Virus record (IMG/VR): IMGVR_UViG_3300035002_000018
Coordinates: 1-47,489 of that record
Origin: a virus
Lineage: Duplodnaviria; Caudoviricetes
Direction: 5' to 3' (one strand)
Length of the DNA: 47,489 bases
Within the stretch, counting starts at the first letter, position 1, and each line of letters opens with the position of its first letter. The position numbers and the translations under genes are program-made. Below the pieces are notes generated by a model, which worked only from the letters and a program-made list of their open reading frames with translations, searched no databases and was not told the origin of the DNA. Shown in pieces: positions 1 through 9,108 of this stretch.

Positions 1-84
1 TCACTTATTGTATAAGGCTACAAATAAAGCAATGCAGGCAAACAGGATAATGGCTGCTATTTCTCTATCGTCGAGGCGTTTCAT
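1..84 (-). CDS. 27-aa membrane peptide (MKRLDDREIAAIILFACIALFVALYNK)
   Basis: Read by hand; ATG overlaps the stop of the 81..272 gene (ATGA); one hydrophobic helix. Confidence 0.5.
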   Translation of the reverse strand: MKRLDDREIAAIILFACIALFVALYNK

Positions 85-272
85 TCTGGCTTTTTGTCGT
101 AATCAATCTTTTGCTTGTACGTGGTGAACAGGATGGCACCGATTATGGGAGTACAGAAAATACACAACATAAAAGCATAGCCAAAGGAGTGGTTTCGCAT
201 GTCAGCCTCAAAAGAGACAAATAAAGAGGCAATCACATAAGCCGCTATCCCGGCAATTAAAGTAATGTCCAT
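81..272 (-). CDS. Small two-TM membrane protein in the repressor operon
   Basis: Two hydrophobic segments; co-oriented and tightly packed behind cI. Confidence 0.7.
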   Translation of the reverse strand: MDITLIAGIAAYVIASLFVSFEADMRNHSFGYAFMLCIFCTPIIGAILFTTYKQKIDYDKKPE

Positions 273-273
273 G

Positions 274-726
274 TTATTCTTTTATTTCGTATAAAATCAA
301 ATTTCTCATTTTCATTGGCTTTGCGGTAATGTCATCAACCGCAAAAACCATTATTTCTTTTATTGATTCATCGAATTCTGTAAATTTAATAACTACTGAT
401 GCCGATTTTGTGCCTAAACTAATCCTGTAAGTTAGCGTCACTCCATTTTTTTTCTCATAAGAATAGTTATCTACATGTGCATCTTTGATGTAAAAATAAT
501 CAGGAATATCAACGGTCACATAATTTGCTTCCCCGTCTGAGTTCGAGGTAATGTTTACATGTGCCTCTTTATATTTATCAGAAATGGTTTTACCGGTTTT
601 GCTTTCAAACTCAGATACTTTAGCGGTAGTTATATAGACTGCTCCAGTTTTCCACCATGGAGGGCTAATTTTTTGTGAGTTGCCAACAAAGGGGAGTAAT
701 AAAAGCCCCAATAATAGAATTTTCAT
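274..726 (-). CDS. Secreted hypothetical protein
   Basis: N-terminal MKILLLGLLLLPFVGNS|Q signal peptide. Confidence 0.75.
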   Translation of the reverse strand: MKILLLGLLLLPFVGNSQKISPPWWKTGAVYITTAKVSEFESKTGKTISDKYKEAHVNITSNSDGEANYVTVDIPDYFYIKDAHVDNYSYEKKNGVTLTYRISLGTKSASVVIKFTEFDESIKEIMVFAVDDITAKPMKMRNLILYEIKE

Positions 727-737
727 TGTGGTTTAAT

Positions 738-1271
738 TTAATGAGTTTCGTGTTTCCCGTCGTCTGCCTCCCCTATATCTTTATGCCCAGTTAGGGTATC
801 TATTGAGAGGTTAAAATAATAAAGCCTGTGGTGAATCCCGAGATTACCTTCTAGGTTCTTTGCCCTGAAAGAGTGAGACATTTTCCAGCCCTTAAATACG
901 GGTTTAAAAACATTTAAAATTGAATCAGCTTTTTTCAGGCAAATATCCATTGAATCACTCGCCTCTCTCGACCGTTTCAAGTATAAATTTAGTAAAGACC
1001 CGTAAGTAATGTAACGGGATGCTTTTTCGTTATTCTCTTTTGATATTTCCAAAAAACTATCAAACTTTTCAAGCCATTCTGTATACTGCCTGTCATCCCC
1101 TACATCGGTAAAAGCACTATCAAGTTTACCAAATTCAACAACCTTGTAGCTGTCAAAATTATTCAATGTCTTAAAGAGATGATCTTTAATAAGTTTCTTG
1201 GCTTTTGCCTCTGGCGAAGGACTGGAGCAACCAGCCATAAAAAATAAAAGAATAAGTGCTATTCGCTTCAT
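738..1271 (-). CDS. Lipoprotein (possible superinfection-exclusion type)
   Basis: Start MKRIALILLFFMAG|C gives a lipobox; ATG overlaps the cI stop (TAATG). Confidence 0.75.
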   Translation of the reverse strand: MKRIALILLFFMAGCSSPSPEAKAKKLIKDHLFKTLNNFDSYKVVEFGKLDSAFTDVGDDRQYTEWLEKFDSFLEISKENNEKASRYITYGSLLNLYLKRSREASDSMDICLKKADSILNVFKPVFKGWKMSHSFRAKNLEGNLGIHHRLYYFNLSIDTLTGHKDIGEADDGKHETH

Positions 1272-2068
1272 TATTTTATAAGTTGAAAAGTTGACTGTGT
1301 ATGCTTGTTCATCCAACCGTCTACCATCCAAACACTTTTCACCAGGCTTTTGGGTACTTCGTAGTCATCATAATGCGGATTATGGCTATGGAGCAGCAGA
1401 TGTGTTTCTTCCTTCCGGGATCGCTTGATATACTTGAGAAATCTTCTGCCGTCATTAAGCCCGATAACATATATCTGGCCATACTCGATGGCATCAAGCC
1501 AGGCCTCTATTTTTTTGATAAACATACGACTTCCTGGCGTAAGTAAAGGGCTCATACTATCGCTGTAAACATTAACAGCAACGCAGCCGGAGAACTCTGG
1601 AACAAACAAGTAATCAACCGGGGCAGTGCCGTTCTTGTCATCTACTAAAGCGAGATTTGATTTCGAAGCGGCAACATCAAGATCATAAACGGGAATGGCC
1701 TGCTGAGACGATCCGTTCTTCCTCTCCCTTCTTTTTTCAATGTAAGTTTTAGCATCTTCAGAAGTTTCGACAAGCGCAGCTCCGGGCACTTTGTAATAAT
1801 CATCAGGTTCACGAACAACGTATAAGTTGTGATCTTCTTCCGGTTTGAATTTGATATGCTTATGTGTTAATGCTTTATTCTCTAAATCTTCCATGGTAAT
1901 ACCTGCATAATCGGCGATTGCAGCCAGTACAATGGCTTTCGGCCTTACGGTAGTATTCTCGTAAGTCTTCAAATTGCTGATATTCGTCTTTATCAACTTT
2001 GCAAAATCCCCTTGCTTTTTACCACTTAACTCCCTGATTAGCTTTATGTTCTTATTTAATTGCAACAT
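1271..2068 (-). CDS. cI: CI-like phage repressor (XRE HTH + S24 peptidase)
   Basis: N-terminal HTH (IKLIRELSGKKQGDFAKLI..ISNLKTYE); C-terminal DSMSP Ser and FLKYI Lys; divergent from cro. Confidence 0.9.
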   Translation of the reverse strand: MLQLNKNIKLIRELSGKKQGDFAKLIKTNISNLKTYENTTVRPKAIVLAAIADYAGITMEDLENKALTHKHIKFKPEEDHNLYVVREPDDYYKVPGAALVETSEDAKTYIEKRRERKNGSSQQAIPVYDLDVAASKSNLALVDDKNGTAPVDYLFVPEFSGCVAVNVYSDSMSPLLTPGSRMFIKKIEAWLDAIEYGQIYVIGLNDGRRFLKYIKRSRKEETHLLLHSHNPHYDDYEVPKSLVKSVWMVDGWMNKHTQSTFQLIK

Positions 2069-2095
2069 TGTTTTAAAAATAAATATCAACCTTAT

Positions 2096-2128
2096 TGATT
2101 TTTTTCGACTTTCTCAACCATATCTTTG
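2096..2128 (+). promoter_or_regulatory. Putative rightward early promoter (Bacteroidota -7 box TATCTTTG at 2121-2128)
   Basis: Matches TAnnTTTG consensus in the cI-cro intergenic region. Confidence 0.55.
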
Positions 2129-2182
2129 ATTTATCAAACGAAAAACATACTAAAAACAAATCAGTAACAAATTAACCACAAA

Positions 2183-2413
2183 ATGACAACCGCCCAAAAA
2201 ACACAGATGGAAAAGGCAAACGATGTTCTGGAACAAGAACTAAAAGCCAATGTGACCTCTGAAGATCGCCAGGCAGCTGTAACGGAGTTGGATTTCTCGC
2301 TGTTCACCGTTGCCACTTACCTGACAGGAAAGGGCAAAAACCTTGATACGGCTATGAAGCTGATTGAATTTTTCAGGAAACGGATTAGTGATAGAGAGAA
2401 GCTAATCGCTTGA
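2183..2413 (+). CDS. Cro-like HTH regulator
   Basis: 76 aa, divergent from cI, HTH-like AAVTELDFSLFTVATYLTGK. Confidence 0.65.
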   Translation: MTTAQKTQMEKANDVLEQELKANVTSEDRQAAVTELDFSLFTVATYLTGKGKNLDTAMKLIEFFRKRISDREKLIA

Positions 2414-2476
2414 ATTGTTTAACAACGAAAAGCAAAAGTAGATAAGAACCTCAACACCCGCAATAGCAAAACTACC

Positions 2477-2725
2477 ATGCCCATTGACGCAGAGATATTA
2501 AAAGAACTGAGAAACTTCAACCGCAACGTTGAGTGGTTAAAGGCGAATGCGAATAAATCAAAGCGTTGGGTAAAGGTGGGTGCAGTGATTGAAATAACCG
2601 GATGGGATTTCAGACGATTGGACAGGGCCAGAAAGAACCATGAGATCGAATTTAAGAAGGAAGGCCGGAAGATATTTTATAACCTGGATTCTATACCGCA
2701 AATCCATTTGAAGCAAACAGCATGA
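2477..2725 (+). CDS. Excisionase-like / winged-HTH DNA-binding protein
   Basis: WVKVGAVIEITGWDFRRLDRARK..KEGRKIFYN resembles Xis/MerR-type HTH. Confidence 0.55.
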   Translation: MPIDAEILKELRNFNRNVEWLKANANKSKRWVKVGAVIEITGWDFRRLDRARKNHEIEFKKEGRKIFYNLDSIPQIHLKQTA

Positions 2726-2952
2726 TTAAGATAGCAGCAATATGTATTCTACTTCTTTCCTCTTGCGCTGTAACAAAGCAGGAGTGGGTTACCAGTTATA
2801 AGGTTACACATATTCAAAAGGTGAGTACCGGGTTTGAGGTATATGTAAAGATGGGCCGCTACGATATGATGACAATCATGCCAGTGTTGCCCGATACAGT
2901 GAAACCCGGGGCCATGCTTAGTTTTTACCGATTTGTAAAAGTTAAACGATGA
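2722..2952 (+). CDS. Small lipoprotein
   Basis: Lipobox LLSS|C; ATGA overlap. Confidence 0.65.
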   Translation: MIKIAAICILLLSSCAVTKQEWVTSYKVTHIQKVSTGFEVYVKMGRYDMMTIMPVLPDTVKPGAMLSFYRFVKVKR

Positions 2953-3095
2953 AAAAGAATAACTCAATACCTGCGCTGCCTTACATGAAGGCGGTGGCAC
3001 AGTTCGCCCGGTCAAAAGGATTACGCTTTTTCACATGGGCAGAACAGATGAACGCTATTCAACTGTACGAATCAAACGCCGCAAGGCTCAACTGA
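2949..3095 (+). CDS. 48-aa hypothetical protein
   Basis: Read by hand (MKKNNSIPALPYMKAVAQF...); ATGA overlap with upstream gene. Confidence 0.5.
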   Translation: MKKNNSIPALPYMKAVAQFARSKGLRFFTWAEQMNAIQLYESNAARLN

Positions 3096-3096
3096 T

Positions 3097-3201
3097 ATGG
3101 AACTACTTATATCCCTCGGCATCGTGTTCACTATGTGGGTATTTGTTTACCGCTTTGAGAAGTGGGCACAGGCTGATAAACGCAAAAACCAAAAGCCATG
3201 A
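3097..3201 (+). CDS. 34-aa membrane peptide
   Basis: Read by hand (MELLISLGIVFTMWVFVYRF...); ATGA overlap with next gene. Confidence 0.5.
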   Translation: MELLISLGIVFTMWVFVYRFEKWAQADKRKNQKP

Positions 3202-3401
3202 ATGAAATAACCAAAGAAGTGATCATTGTCACCTCCATCGCTGCAACACTGGCTGTAATGCTGTTGATCGGTACGATTGCCTGGATTACATGGGCGCAGA
3301 ACAAAGCAGAGAAGAAAGCAATGGGCCATGATGAATGGAAGGGGTTTGTGATGAGCCGTGAAGCGGATATGAAATTATCAAAAGACGTTTTTGAAGCATA
3401 G
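3198..3401 (+). CDS. Small single-TM protein
   Basis: N-terminal hydrophobic helix; operon packing. Confidence 0.6.
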   Translation: MNEITKEVIIVTSIAATLAVMLLIGTIAWITWAQNKAEKKAMGHDEWKGFVMSREADMKLSKDVFEA

Positions 3402-3417
3402 GCAAGCATAACCAATC

Positions 3418-3583
3418 AGGGCTGGATTTCCATACGGCCCTCTTAAAAAACATTTCTCAGTGGACGGTTAATGGTATGGGACCGGTGAAATCGGTGAAGC
3501 CGGTCCCTCTTTAAAACGAAACATCTTATTCCGGCAGTTGGCGAAATCATGCAGAAATCAGGGAACATCAAAGACTGCCGGAT
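3418..3583 (+). other. Intergenic cluster of three stem-loops
   Basis: AGGGCTG/CGGCCCT (3418-3441), GGGACCGG/CCGGTCCC (3478-3507), TCCGGCAGT/ACTGCCGGA (3530-3582). Confidence 0.6.
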
Positions 3584-3601
3584 TATTAAAATAACAGCAT
3601 C

Positions 3602-3922
3602 ATGATAACTAACGATCAGATAACATTAATGAGAAAGGCGGTAGCCGCCTATGATCTCGGCAACCAAAGCAAAGGAGAGGAAAAGAAAACTTTTGAATCC
3701 TTGCTTAAAAATACGGTTGAAAGTCTAAAACATTCCTTTCAGAAAGAACCGGAACTAACTAATTACGATGCCTGGCAGTTAGAGAAACACGGCAATATAC
3801 TCCCTTCACCTGTTGTATTGCCTTCTGGAGAGATTGAGAACGGTCACGAAGGGATTCAACGTCATGCCGAATGGGTAGAGCAACAGGCTGCGCAACAATT
3901 ACACGAATACGAAAAATACTAA
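3602..3922 (+). CDS. Hypothetical protein
   Basis: ORF in early operon. Confidence 0.7.
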   Translation: MITNDQITLMRKAVAAYDLGNQSKGEEKKTFESLLKNTVESLKHSFQKEPELTNYDAWQLEKHGNILPSPVVLPSGEIENGHEGIQRHAEWVEQQAAQQLHEYEKY

Positions 3923-3924
3923 TC

Positions 3925-4593
3925 ATGAATAAGAGCGATTCAATCGTAAACATTTCTAAAGCTATTGTAGCCGTAATGAACGAGGTAAAGGGTATTGAGA
4001 AGTCAATGACTGTTGGTAGTGGTACAATGTCTTACAAAGGTGTCCCGGACAAAGAAGTAAAAAAGATAGTTGGGGATTCAATGGCTAAGAACGGCCTGTC
4101 AATTCTTCCAATCGGTGTAACTCCGTTGACAAAAGTCGAACGTTGGGAAGAAACATACAACGGGCAGGTAAAGCAAAAGCAGTCAGTATTTACCGAAGTA
4201 ACAACTGATTATTTGTTGATACATACCAGCGGGGAGTATATCCAGTTATCAGGATATGGTCACGGTGTAGATACACAGGACAAAGGAGCTGGGAAAGCAA
4301 CAACCTATGCTCTTAAATATACCCTGCTGTATGCCTTCCTGGTTCCAACCGGAAAGATTGACGATGCTGATATGATTCATTCAGATTCTAATGAAGTACC
4401 TCAAAAAAAGCAGCAAAAAAGAATCCTACCCGCTGAAGATTTCCAAAGAATGATAGAAGCAATAAAATCAGGCAAAGTAGCCATAAGTGATCCTGTGATA
4501 AACAGTTTCAGTTATGATACTGATCAGTATACAAAACTTCAATCCGTAATCAATGAAATTAAAAATAAAGCGAAAGAACCTGCTCTCTCGTAA
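3925..4593 (+). CDS. erf: ERF-family single-strand annealing recombinase
   Basis: G.G.D..DKGAGKATTYALKY.L...F.VPTG..DD signature; start at MNKSDSI. Confidence 0.85.
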   Translation: MNKSDSIVNISKAIVAVMNEVKGIEKSMTVGSGTMSYKGVPDKEVKKIVGDSMAKNGLSILPIGVTPLTKVERWEETYNGQVKQKQSVFTEVTTDYLLIHTSGEYIQLSGYGHGVDTQDKGAGKATTYALKYTLLYAFLVPTGKIDDADMIHSDSNEVPQKKQQKRILPAEDFQRMIEAIKSGKVAISDPVINSFSYDTDQYTKLQSVINEIKNKAKEPALS

Positions 4594-4759
4594 AATGACA
4601 AACCTCCGGCTTGACCCGGAAATGTTTGACTGGTTATTGATAAAAGCAACAGAGGAAAACAAAAGCATCAACAGATTCATTACCGATATTTTAGAAGAAA
4701 AGCGAAATGTACACCCCATCAAATCTAACATCACCAGAACTCATTCACAAGGAGCTTGA
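4553..4759 (+). CDS. Ribbon-helix-helix (Arc-like) DNA-binding protein
   Basis: TNLRLDPEMFDWLLIKATEENKSINRFITDIL pattern. Confidence 0.6.
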   Translation: MKLKIKRKNLLSRKMTNLRLDPEMFDWLLIKATEENKSINRFITDILEEKRNVHPIKSNITRTHSQGA

Positions 4760-5120
4760 AGAAATTCAGGCTTTCCTTGAAGCCCAATATGCAGCCGATC
4801 TACAAGATGAGGTACAAAAAAGATTTGATTCGTTAGGGGCTTATATGGCACGAAGCGGGAAGTTAAAAGCTGATGCAGAATGGCATTATAATTCACTGGT
4901 TGAAAGCTCAATCATGGCCGCCCTTAAAAAGGGTTACGAAGAAAGGCTTTCAGCATCTACGGTCAACAAATTCGTTGAATCGGCAGCAAGAAACTATAAG
5001 TTTTTGGTAACATGGTCTGACAGGGTTAATCGTTCAGCAACTCATCAGCTTGAATGTATGCGGTCTGTCATGAGCACATTAAGAAGTGAACGCTTCGCAA
5101 ATAATTATGGTAAGCAATGA
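4707..5120 (+). CDS. Helical hypothetical protein (possible recombination mediator)
   Basis: Helical ORF next to erf; function inferred from position only. Confidence 0.6.
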   Translation: MYTPSNLTSPELIHKELEEIQAFLEAQYAADLQDEVQKRFDSLGAYMARSGKLKADAEWHYNSLVESSIMAALKKGYEERLSASTVNKFVESAARNYKFLVTWSDRVNRSATHQLECMRSVMSTLRSERFANNYGKQ

Positions 5121-5467
5121 GTGAATACCTATTAAAACGCCGGGCCATCATGATGGGTATTAAAGAGCCTGATCAAAAGAAAGATGCAAAGCCCATTCAG
5201 AACAAAAGCGACAAAAGGAAAGAGGTAGATAAGGAGTATCGGAAGATCGTTAAAGAGATGCTGAAGGATAACCCGAATTGCGAGATTAAGGAAACCGGCT
5301 GCACGAAGATAGCGACCGGGCTTCACCACATGAAAAAACGTACCCCTGCAACATTATTAGACAAGCAGTTTTTAAAGCGCAGTTGCAATAACTGTAACCT
5401 CTATGTTGAATTACACCCATTGGAAGCAATAGAGAAAGGACACTCAATAAGTAAATTCAAAAAATAA
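5117..5467 (+). CDS. HNH-like endonuclease
   Basis: CEI..GC..ATGLHH...CNNCN..VELHP motif. Confidence 0.7.
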   Translation: MSEYLLKRRAIMMGIKEPDQKKDAKPIQNKSDKRKEVDKEYRKIVKEMLKDNPNCEIKETGCTKIATGLHHMKKRTPATLLDKQFLKRSCNNCNLYVELHPLEAIEKGHSISKFKK

Positions 5468-5472
5468 ATATC

Positions 5473-5853
5473 ATGTCAACCGTAACAGACAAAAAGGCCG
5501 TTTTGAACCTTTCTATTTCAAAACAAAGGGAGATCATCCGTAAAGAACTCAGTAAAGATGAAATGGATGATATAAGAACTTCAATAACCAACAATCTCCA
5601 GAAGTTACACGAGTACCAGGAAGAACTCGACGAAGTTAAAGCTGAATACAAAGCAAAGATGAAGCCGTTGGAAAAGCAAAATGGTAAACTACTGGTAGAT
5701 ATTAAAAACGGCTTTATTGATGAATCCATCGAAGTAAGCCTTGTTCCTGACTATGATAATCGCATCGTTGAGTTTTACAACGAAGAAGGTGTAAAAGTTG
5801 GCGAACGCCGAATGATGATGAGTGAATTACAGGGTACTCTCAATCTGAAATAA
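5473..5853 (+). CDS. Hypothetical coiled-coil protein
   Basis: ORF in early operon. Confidence 0.7.
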   Translation: MSTVTDKKAVLNLSISKQREIIRKELSKDEMDDIRTSITNNLQKLHEYQEELDEVKAEYKAKMKPLEKQNGKLLVDIKNGFIDESIEVSLVPDYDNRIVEFYNEEGVKVGERRMMMSELQGTLNLK

Positions 5854-5879
5854 TTTCTCCAAACCAATAAACATTTAAA

Positions 5880-6584
5880 ATGGAAACAAAAGTAACCGTT
5901 GCCCCTACAGGTAACGAAATCATTATTCGTGAAGGTAAAGCTGAGACAATTTATGAGCCACGGAAGGTTCATTTACAGGGCGATATTAATGCTCCGGGGG
6001 CTTACTTTAACAGCAGATGGGAGCCACAGATAAAGCACCTGAAAGATCGTACCCACCTGGTGGTGGATCAGGAAAACCTATCCCTGCAATTGGTGGTGAA
6101 TGAAGCCGATCACCATGCCGTTATCGTAGAAGGTAAAATGGAATTCTTTAAAGAGTTTCTTTCCTTCAATATCAACCGGCAAAAGAACTACACTATTGCA
6201 GAGCTTTATAAAATGCTGCGGTTGAAAAGAGCTTACTTCAAAGATCGCAGTGCCCATGCTGCCATCCTGGATCAGCTTAAAAAGTTTGAGGCTAAAACAG
6301 AAGTTGAATTTAAGAACCTCAACGACTTCAAGGGCTCAACTGCCATGCAAAAGATACAGGTTTGCAAAACGAACCTGTCTTACAACTTCGTTTTGGAAAT
6401 TCCCATTTACAAGGGACTTCCTGCTATGCAATTCCCGGTAGAGATTGAATTTGAGCCCAACGATGGAAGTATTATCTGCTGGCTAATCAGTGAAGATGTA
6501 GCCGAACTGGAAGTAAAGCAGCGTGATGAAGTGATTGCTGCTGAGATTGAAAAATTTAAAGGCATAGCAATTATTAAAAAATGA
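5880..6584 (+). CDS. Hypothetical phage protein (possibly DUF2303/YfdQ-like)
   Basis: C-terminal F.LEIPIYKG....FPVEI pattern typical of this family. Confidence 0.55.
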   Translation: METKVTVAPTGNEIIIREGKAETIYEPRKVHLQGDINAPGAYFNSRWEPQIKHLKDRTHLVVDQENLSLQLVVNEADHHAVIVEGKMEFFKEFLSFNINRQKNYTIAELYKMLRLKRAYFKDRSAHAAILDQLKKFEAKTEVEFKNLNDFKGSTAMQKIQVCKTNLSYNFVLEIPIYKGLPAMQFPVEIEFEPNDGSIICWLISEDVAELEVKQRDEVIAAEIEKFKGIAIIKK

Positions 6585-6883
6585 CCACCACAACGCAGCC
6601 ATACCACCCACAAACAATAGAAGATAAAATATTATCCTTCTTTGACGTAAAGAGAGAGGAAGTATTCATTCCAAACCGGGGCAAGGAGCGTATCGCTACC
6701 ATCCGGCAGATAATAGTCTATTGTTTGTGGAGGTATTCAGGGCTCAAATGCTTTGAAATAGGGGAAAGGGTAAACCGACATTATACAATCATCATTCATA
6801 GCGTCAAAACGATCCACAACCGCTGCTCAGTAGACCAGGAGTTAAGAAACCAAGTTATTGAAATTGAAAAACTGTTTGAATGA
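6581..6883 (+). CDS. DnaA C-terminal-like HTH protein
   Basis: R....ATIRQIIVY......GL...EIG..VNRHYTIIIHSVK matches the Bac_DnaA_C pattern. Confidence 0.8.
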   Translation: MTTTTQPYHPQTIEDKILSFFDVKREEVFIPNRGKERIATIRQIIVYCLWRYSGLKCFEIGERVNRHYTIIIHSVKTIHNRCSVDQELRNQVIEIEKLFE

Positions 6884-8223
6884 ACCAAGATCCTGTATTT
6901 ATCATTGTTGATCTGTTTGGTGGTGGAGGTGGAGATGCTACCGGGTTTTTCAATGCCCGGTTAGATGGCCAGAAAATTGCGAAGGTCATCATTTGTGTGA
7001 ACCATGATGAAGTTGCTTTGAAAACACATGCTCACAATTATCCATTCGTAAAGCATTTCCGGGAGGATATCAGGACGGTTGATCTTTCGCAGTTAAAAAG
7101 CATCGTTGATTATTACAGGTCTTTATATCCGGCTGCTTACCTGGTTATCTGGGGTTCGTTCCCTTGCCCTCACTTTAGTAAGGCATTAGGCAATAAGCCA
7201 AAAGATGAGGGGATCAGGACAATGGCCAGATCACTGTATATGAATTTTGATACAAAGCAACAGAAGCACATTCCGGGTAACAGTTACATACAGGTACTTG
7301 ACCCTGATTATATCTGGATTGAAAATGTGGAAGAGTTTATGAGCTGGGGGCCATTGTGTGATAAAGGCAGGCCAATATCAAGAAAAAACGGGCAGGATTG
7401 GATGGCTTGGAAAACAGATGTCAATTCCTTTGGTTATTATGACGATTGGAGAGAATTGAATAGTGCAGATTTTGGAGCAGATACCAGCCGCAACCGGCTA
7501 TTCGGAATATTTGCCCGGCATGGGCTTCCTATTGCATGGCCAGAGCCTACACATAGCAAGAACCCACAGCAGAACGGAATTTTTGGTAGTTTGAAGCCTT
7601 GGAACCCCGTAAAGAATAGGATTGATTTTAATGATGCGGGGAAAAGCATTATTCACCGAAAAAAGAAGCTCACAGAAAAAACAATACGGGGAATTATAAA
7701 GGGAGTAAAGAAGTTTGCTCTAAATGGTGATGAGTATTTTTTGTATCACTACTATGGCAATAGCTTTTCCACCTCGATAGGTAAGCCTTGCCCTTCTTTC
7801 CGTACAAAATCATCAGTTTATTTAATTCAGGCGTTTATTCATAATCCATCGCATGGTGGTAATTGTACCTCTATCAATTCTCCCTGTCCGGTCATTGTAG
7901 CAAGGCAGGATAAGGCCCCCTTGAGGTTGGTAACCTGTATTAAAAATGAGGCATCAGTAGTAACTGAAGAAAGCGATTCACCTGCTTACCGGGAGTTAAA
8001 GCAGCTGATGATCGATAACAACATACAGGATATTCTTTACCGGCCACTACGGATACAGGAAAAGAAGGTGATACAAGGATTTCCTGCAGATTATCATTTC
8101 TACGGAACGTTAGCCCAACAAAATAAGCAGATAGGTAATAGTGTGGTGCCGTTAATGGCTCAGGTAATTGCTGAAGCGATGGCCCATCGGATAATTGACA
8201 AGCAAAAAAATAAAGTAGCGTAA
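6880..8223 (+). CDS. DNA (cytosine-5) methyltransferase
   Basis: Motifs DLFGGGGG, SFPCPHFS, ENV, TSRNRLF, QGFP, QIGNSV. Confidence 0.92.
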   Translation: MNQDPVFIIVDLFGGGGGDATGFFNARLDGQKIAKVIICVNHDEVALKTHAHNYPFVKHFREDIRTVDLSQLKSIVDYYRSLYPAAYLVIWGSFPCPHFSKALGNKPKDEGIRTMARSLYMNFDTKQQKHIPGNSYIQVLDPDYIWIENVEEFMSWGPLCDKGRPISRKNGQDWMAWKTDVNSFGYYDDWRELNSADFGADTSRNRLFGIFARHGLPIAWPEPTHSKNPQQNGIFGSLKPWNPVKNRIDFNDAGKSIIHRKKKLTEKTIRGIIKGVKKFALNGDEYFLYHYYGNSFSTSIGKPCPSFRTKSSVYLIQAFIHNPSHGGNCTSINSPCPVIVARQDKAPLRLVTCIKNEASVVTEESDSPAYRELKQLMIDNNIQDILYRPLRIQEKKVIQGFPADYHFYGTLAQQNKQIGNSVVPLMAQVIAEAMAHRIIDKQKNKVA

Positions 8224-8230
8224 AGAGAAT

Positions 8231-8467
8231 ATGGCCACTATCCCAAAAAAGAAACCCGAAGCATACAAAGAAGATATGAAGCAAAACTGGCTCATTAATT
8301 CTTATGCAAGACACATGACTGACCAGTTTGGTTTTAAGATCACATACGGGAAAACCTATACTCTTTATTTTAAGGACAACCCGATAACAACTCTGTACTC
8401 CCTGCAAGCCGCTAAATTAATCAGTACCATTATTCTTAACGATACAATTATGAATAAACCATGCTGA
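8231..8467 (+). CDS. Hypothetical protein
   Basis: ORF in operon. Confidence 0.6.
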   Translation: MATIPKKKPEAYKEDMKQNWLINSYARHMTDQFGFKITYGKTYTLYFKDNPITTLYSLQAAKLISTIILNDTIMNKPC

Positions 8468-9087
8468 TCCTAAAAACCGCTAAGCAGATCGCAATCGACA
8501 ACGGCAATAAGCTACTTCCTTGGTGCGAGGTGCTGAATGTGGCCGGGAGCATCCGCAGGGGAAAGCCGGAAGTGGGAGATATCGAGATCATCTGCATACC
8601 AAAGATGATCAGCACCGGGTCGGTGGACTTGTGGGGTAATGACGACCAGAAGCAGATTGTTCACCCGGAATTCACCAAAACGGTGATGAGTCTTGGCCAG
8701 GTGCTTTCCGGCAAACCAGATGGCCGTTATATGAAGATCATGGTAAAGAATCCATATGCTGGCGCCAAAGAAATACAGCTGGACCTGTTCATGCCGCAGC
8801 GCAATGACTATTACCGGCAATATGCCATCCGTACAGGCTCTGCAGACTATGCACAGAAGGTAATAGCCACCGGGTGGAGGAAGAAAGGCTGGGTGGGTTG
8901 CAATGGTGATCTGCGGTTAGAAAGCGAATGCGAAGGCACTAAAGGCCCGGATGGTAAGATGAAATGGAAGTGTATCGTAAATAATCCGACCCTCCCACCT
9001 GCCTGGAGCAGTGAGGAAGACTTTTTCCGGTGGATAGGCGTGGACTATGTGCCACCATCAGCCAGGTATGTTCAGGTGTTAATGTAA
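8461..9087 (+). CDS. Minimal family-X DNA polymerase / nucleotidyltransferase
   Basis: AGSIRRGKPEVGDIE, QLDLF, RTGS, SEEDFF..IG.DYVPP.AR; no lyase or PHP domain. Confidence 0.85.
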   Translation: MLILKTAKQIAIDNGNKLLPWCEVLNVAGSIRRGKPEVGDIEIICIPKMISTGSVDLWGNDDQKQIVHPEFTKTVMSLGQVLSGKPDGRYMKIMVKNPYAGAKEIQLDLFMPQRNDYYRQYAIRTGSADYAQKVIATGWRKKGWVGCNGDLRLESECEGTKGPDGKMKWKCIVNNPTLPPAWSSEEDFFRWIGVDYVPPSARYVQVLM

Positions 9088-9108
9088 TGAATTGAAAAAC
9101 TAACGGCT

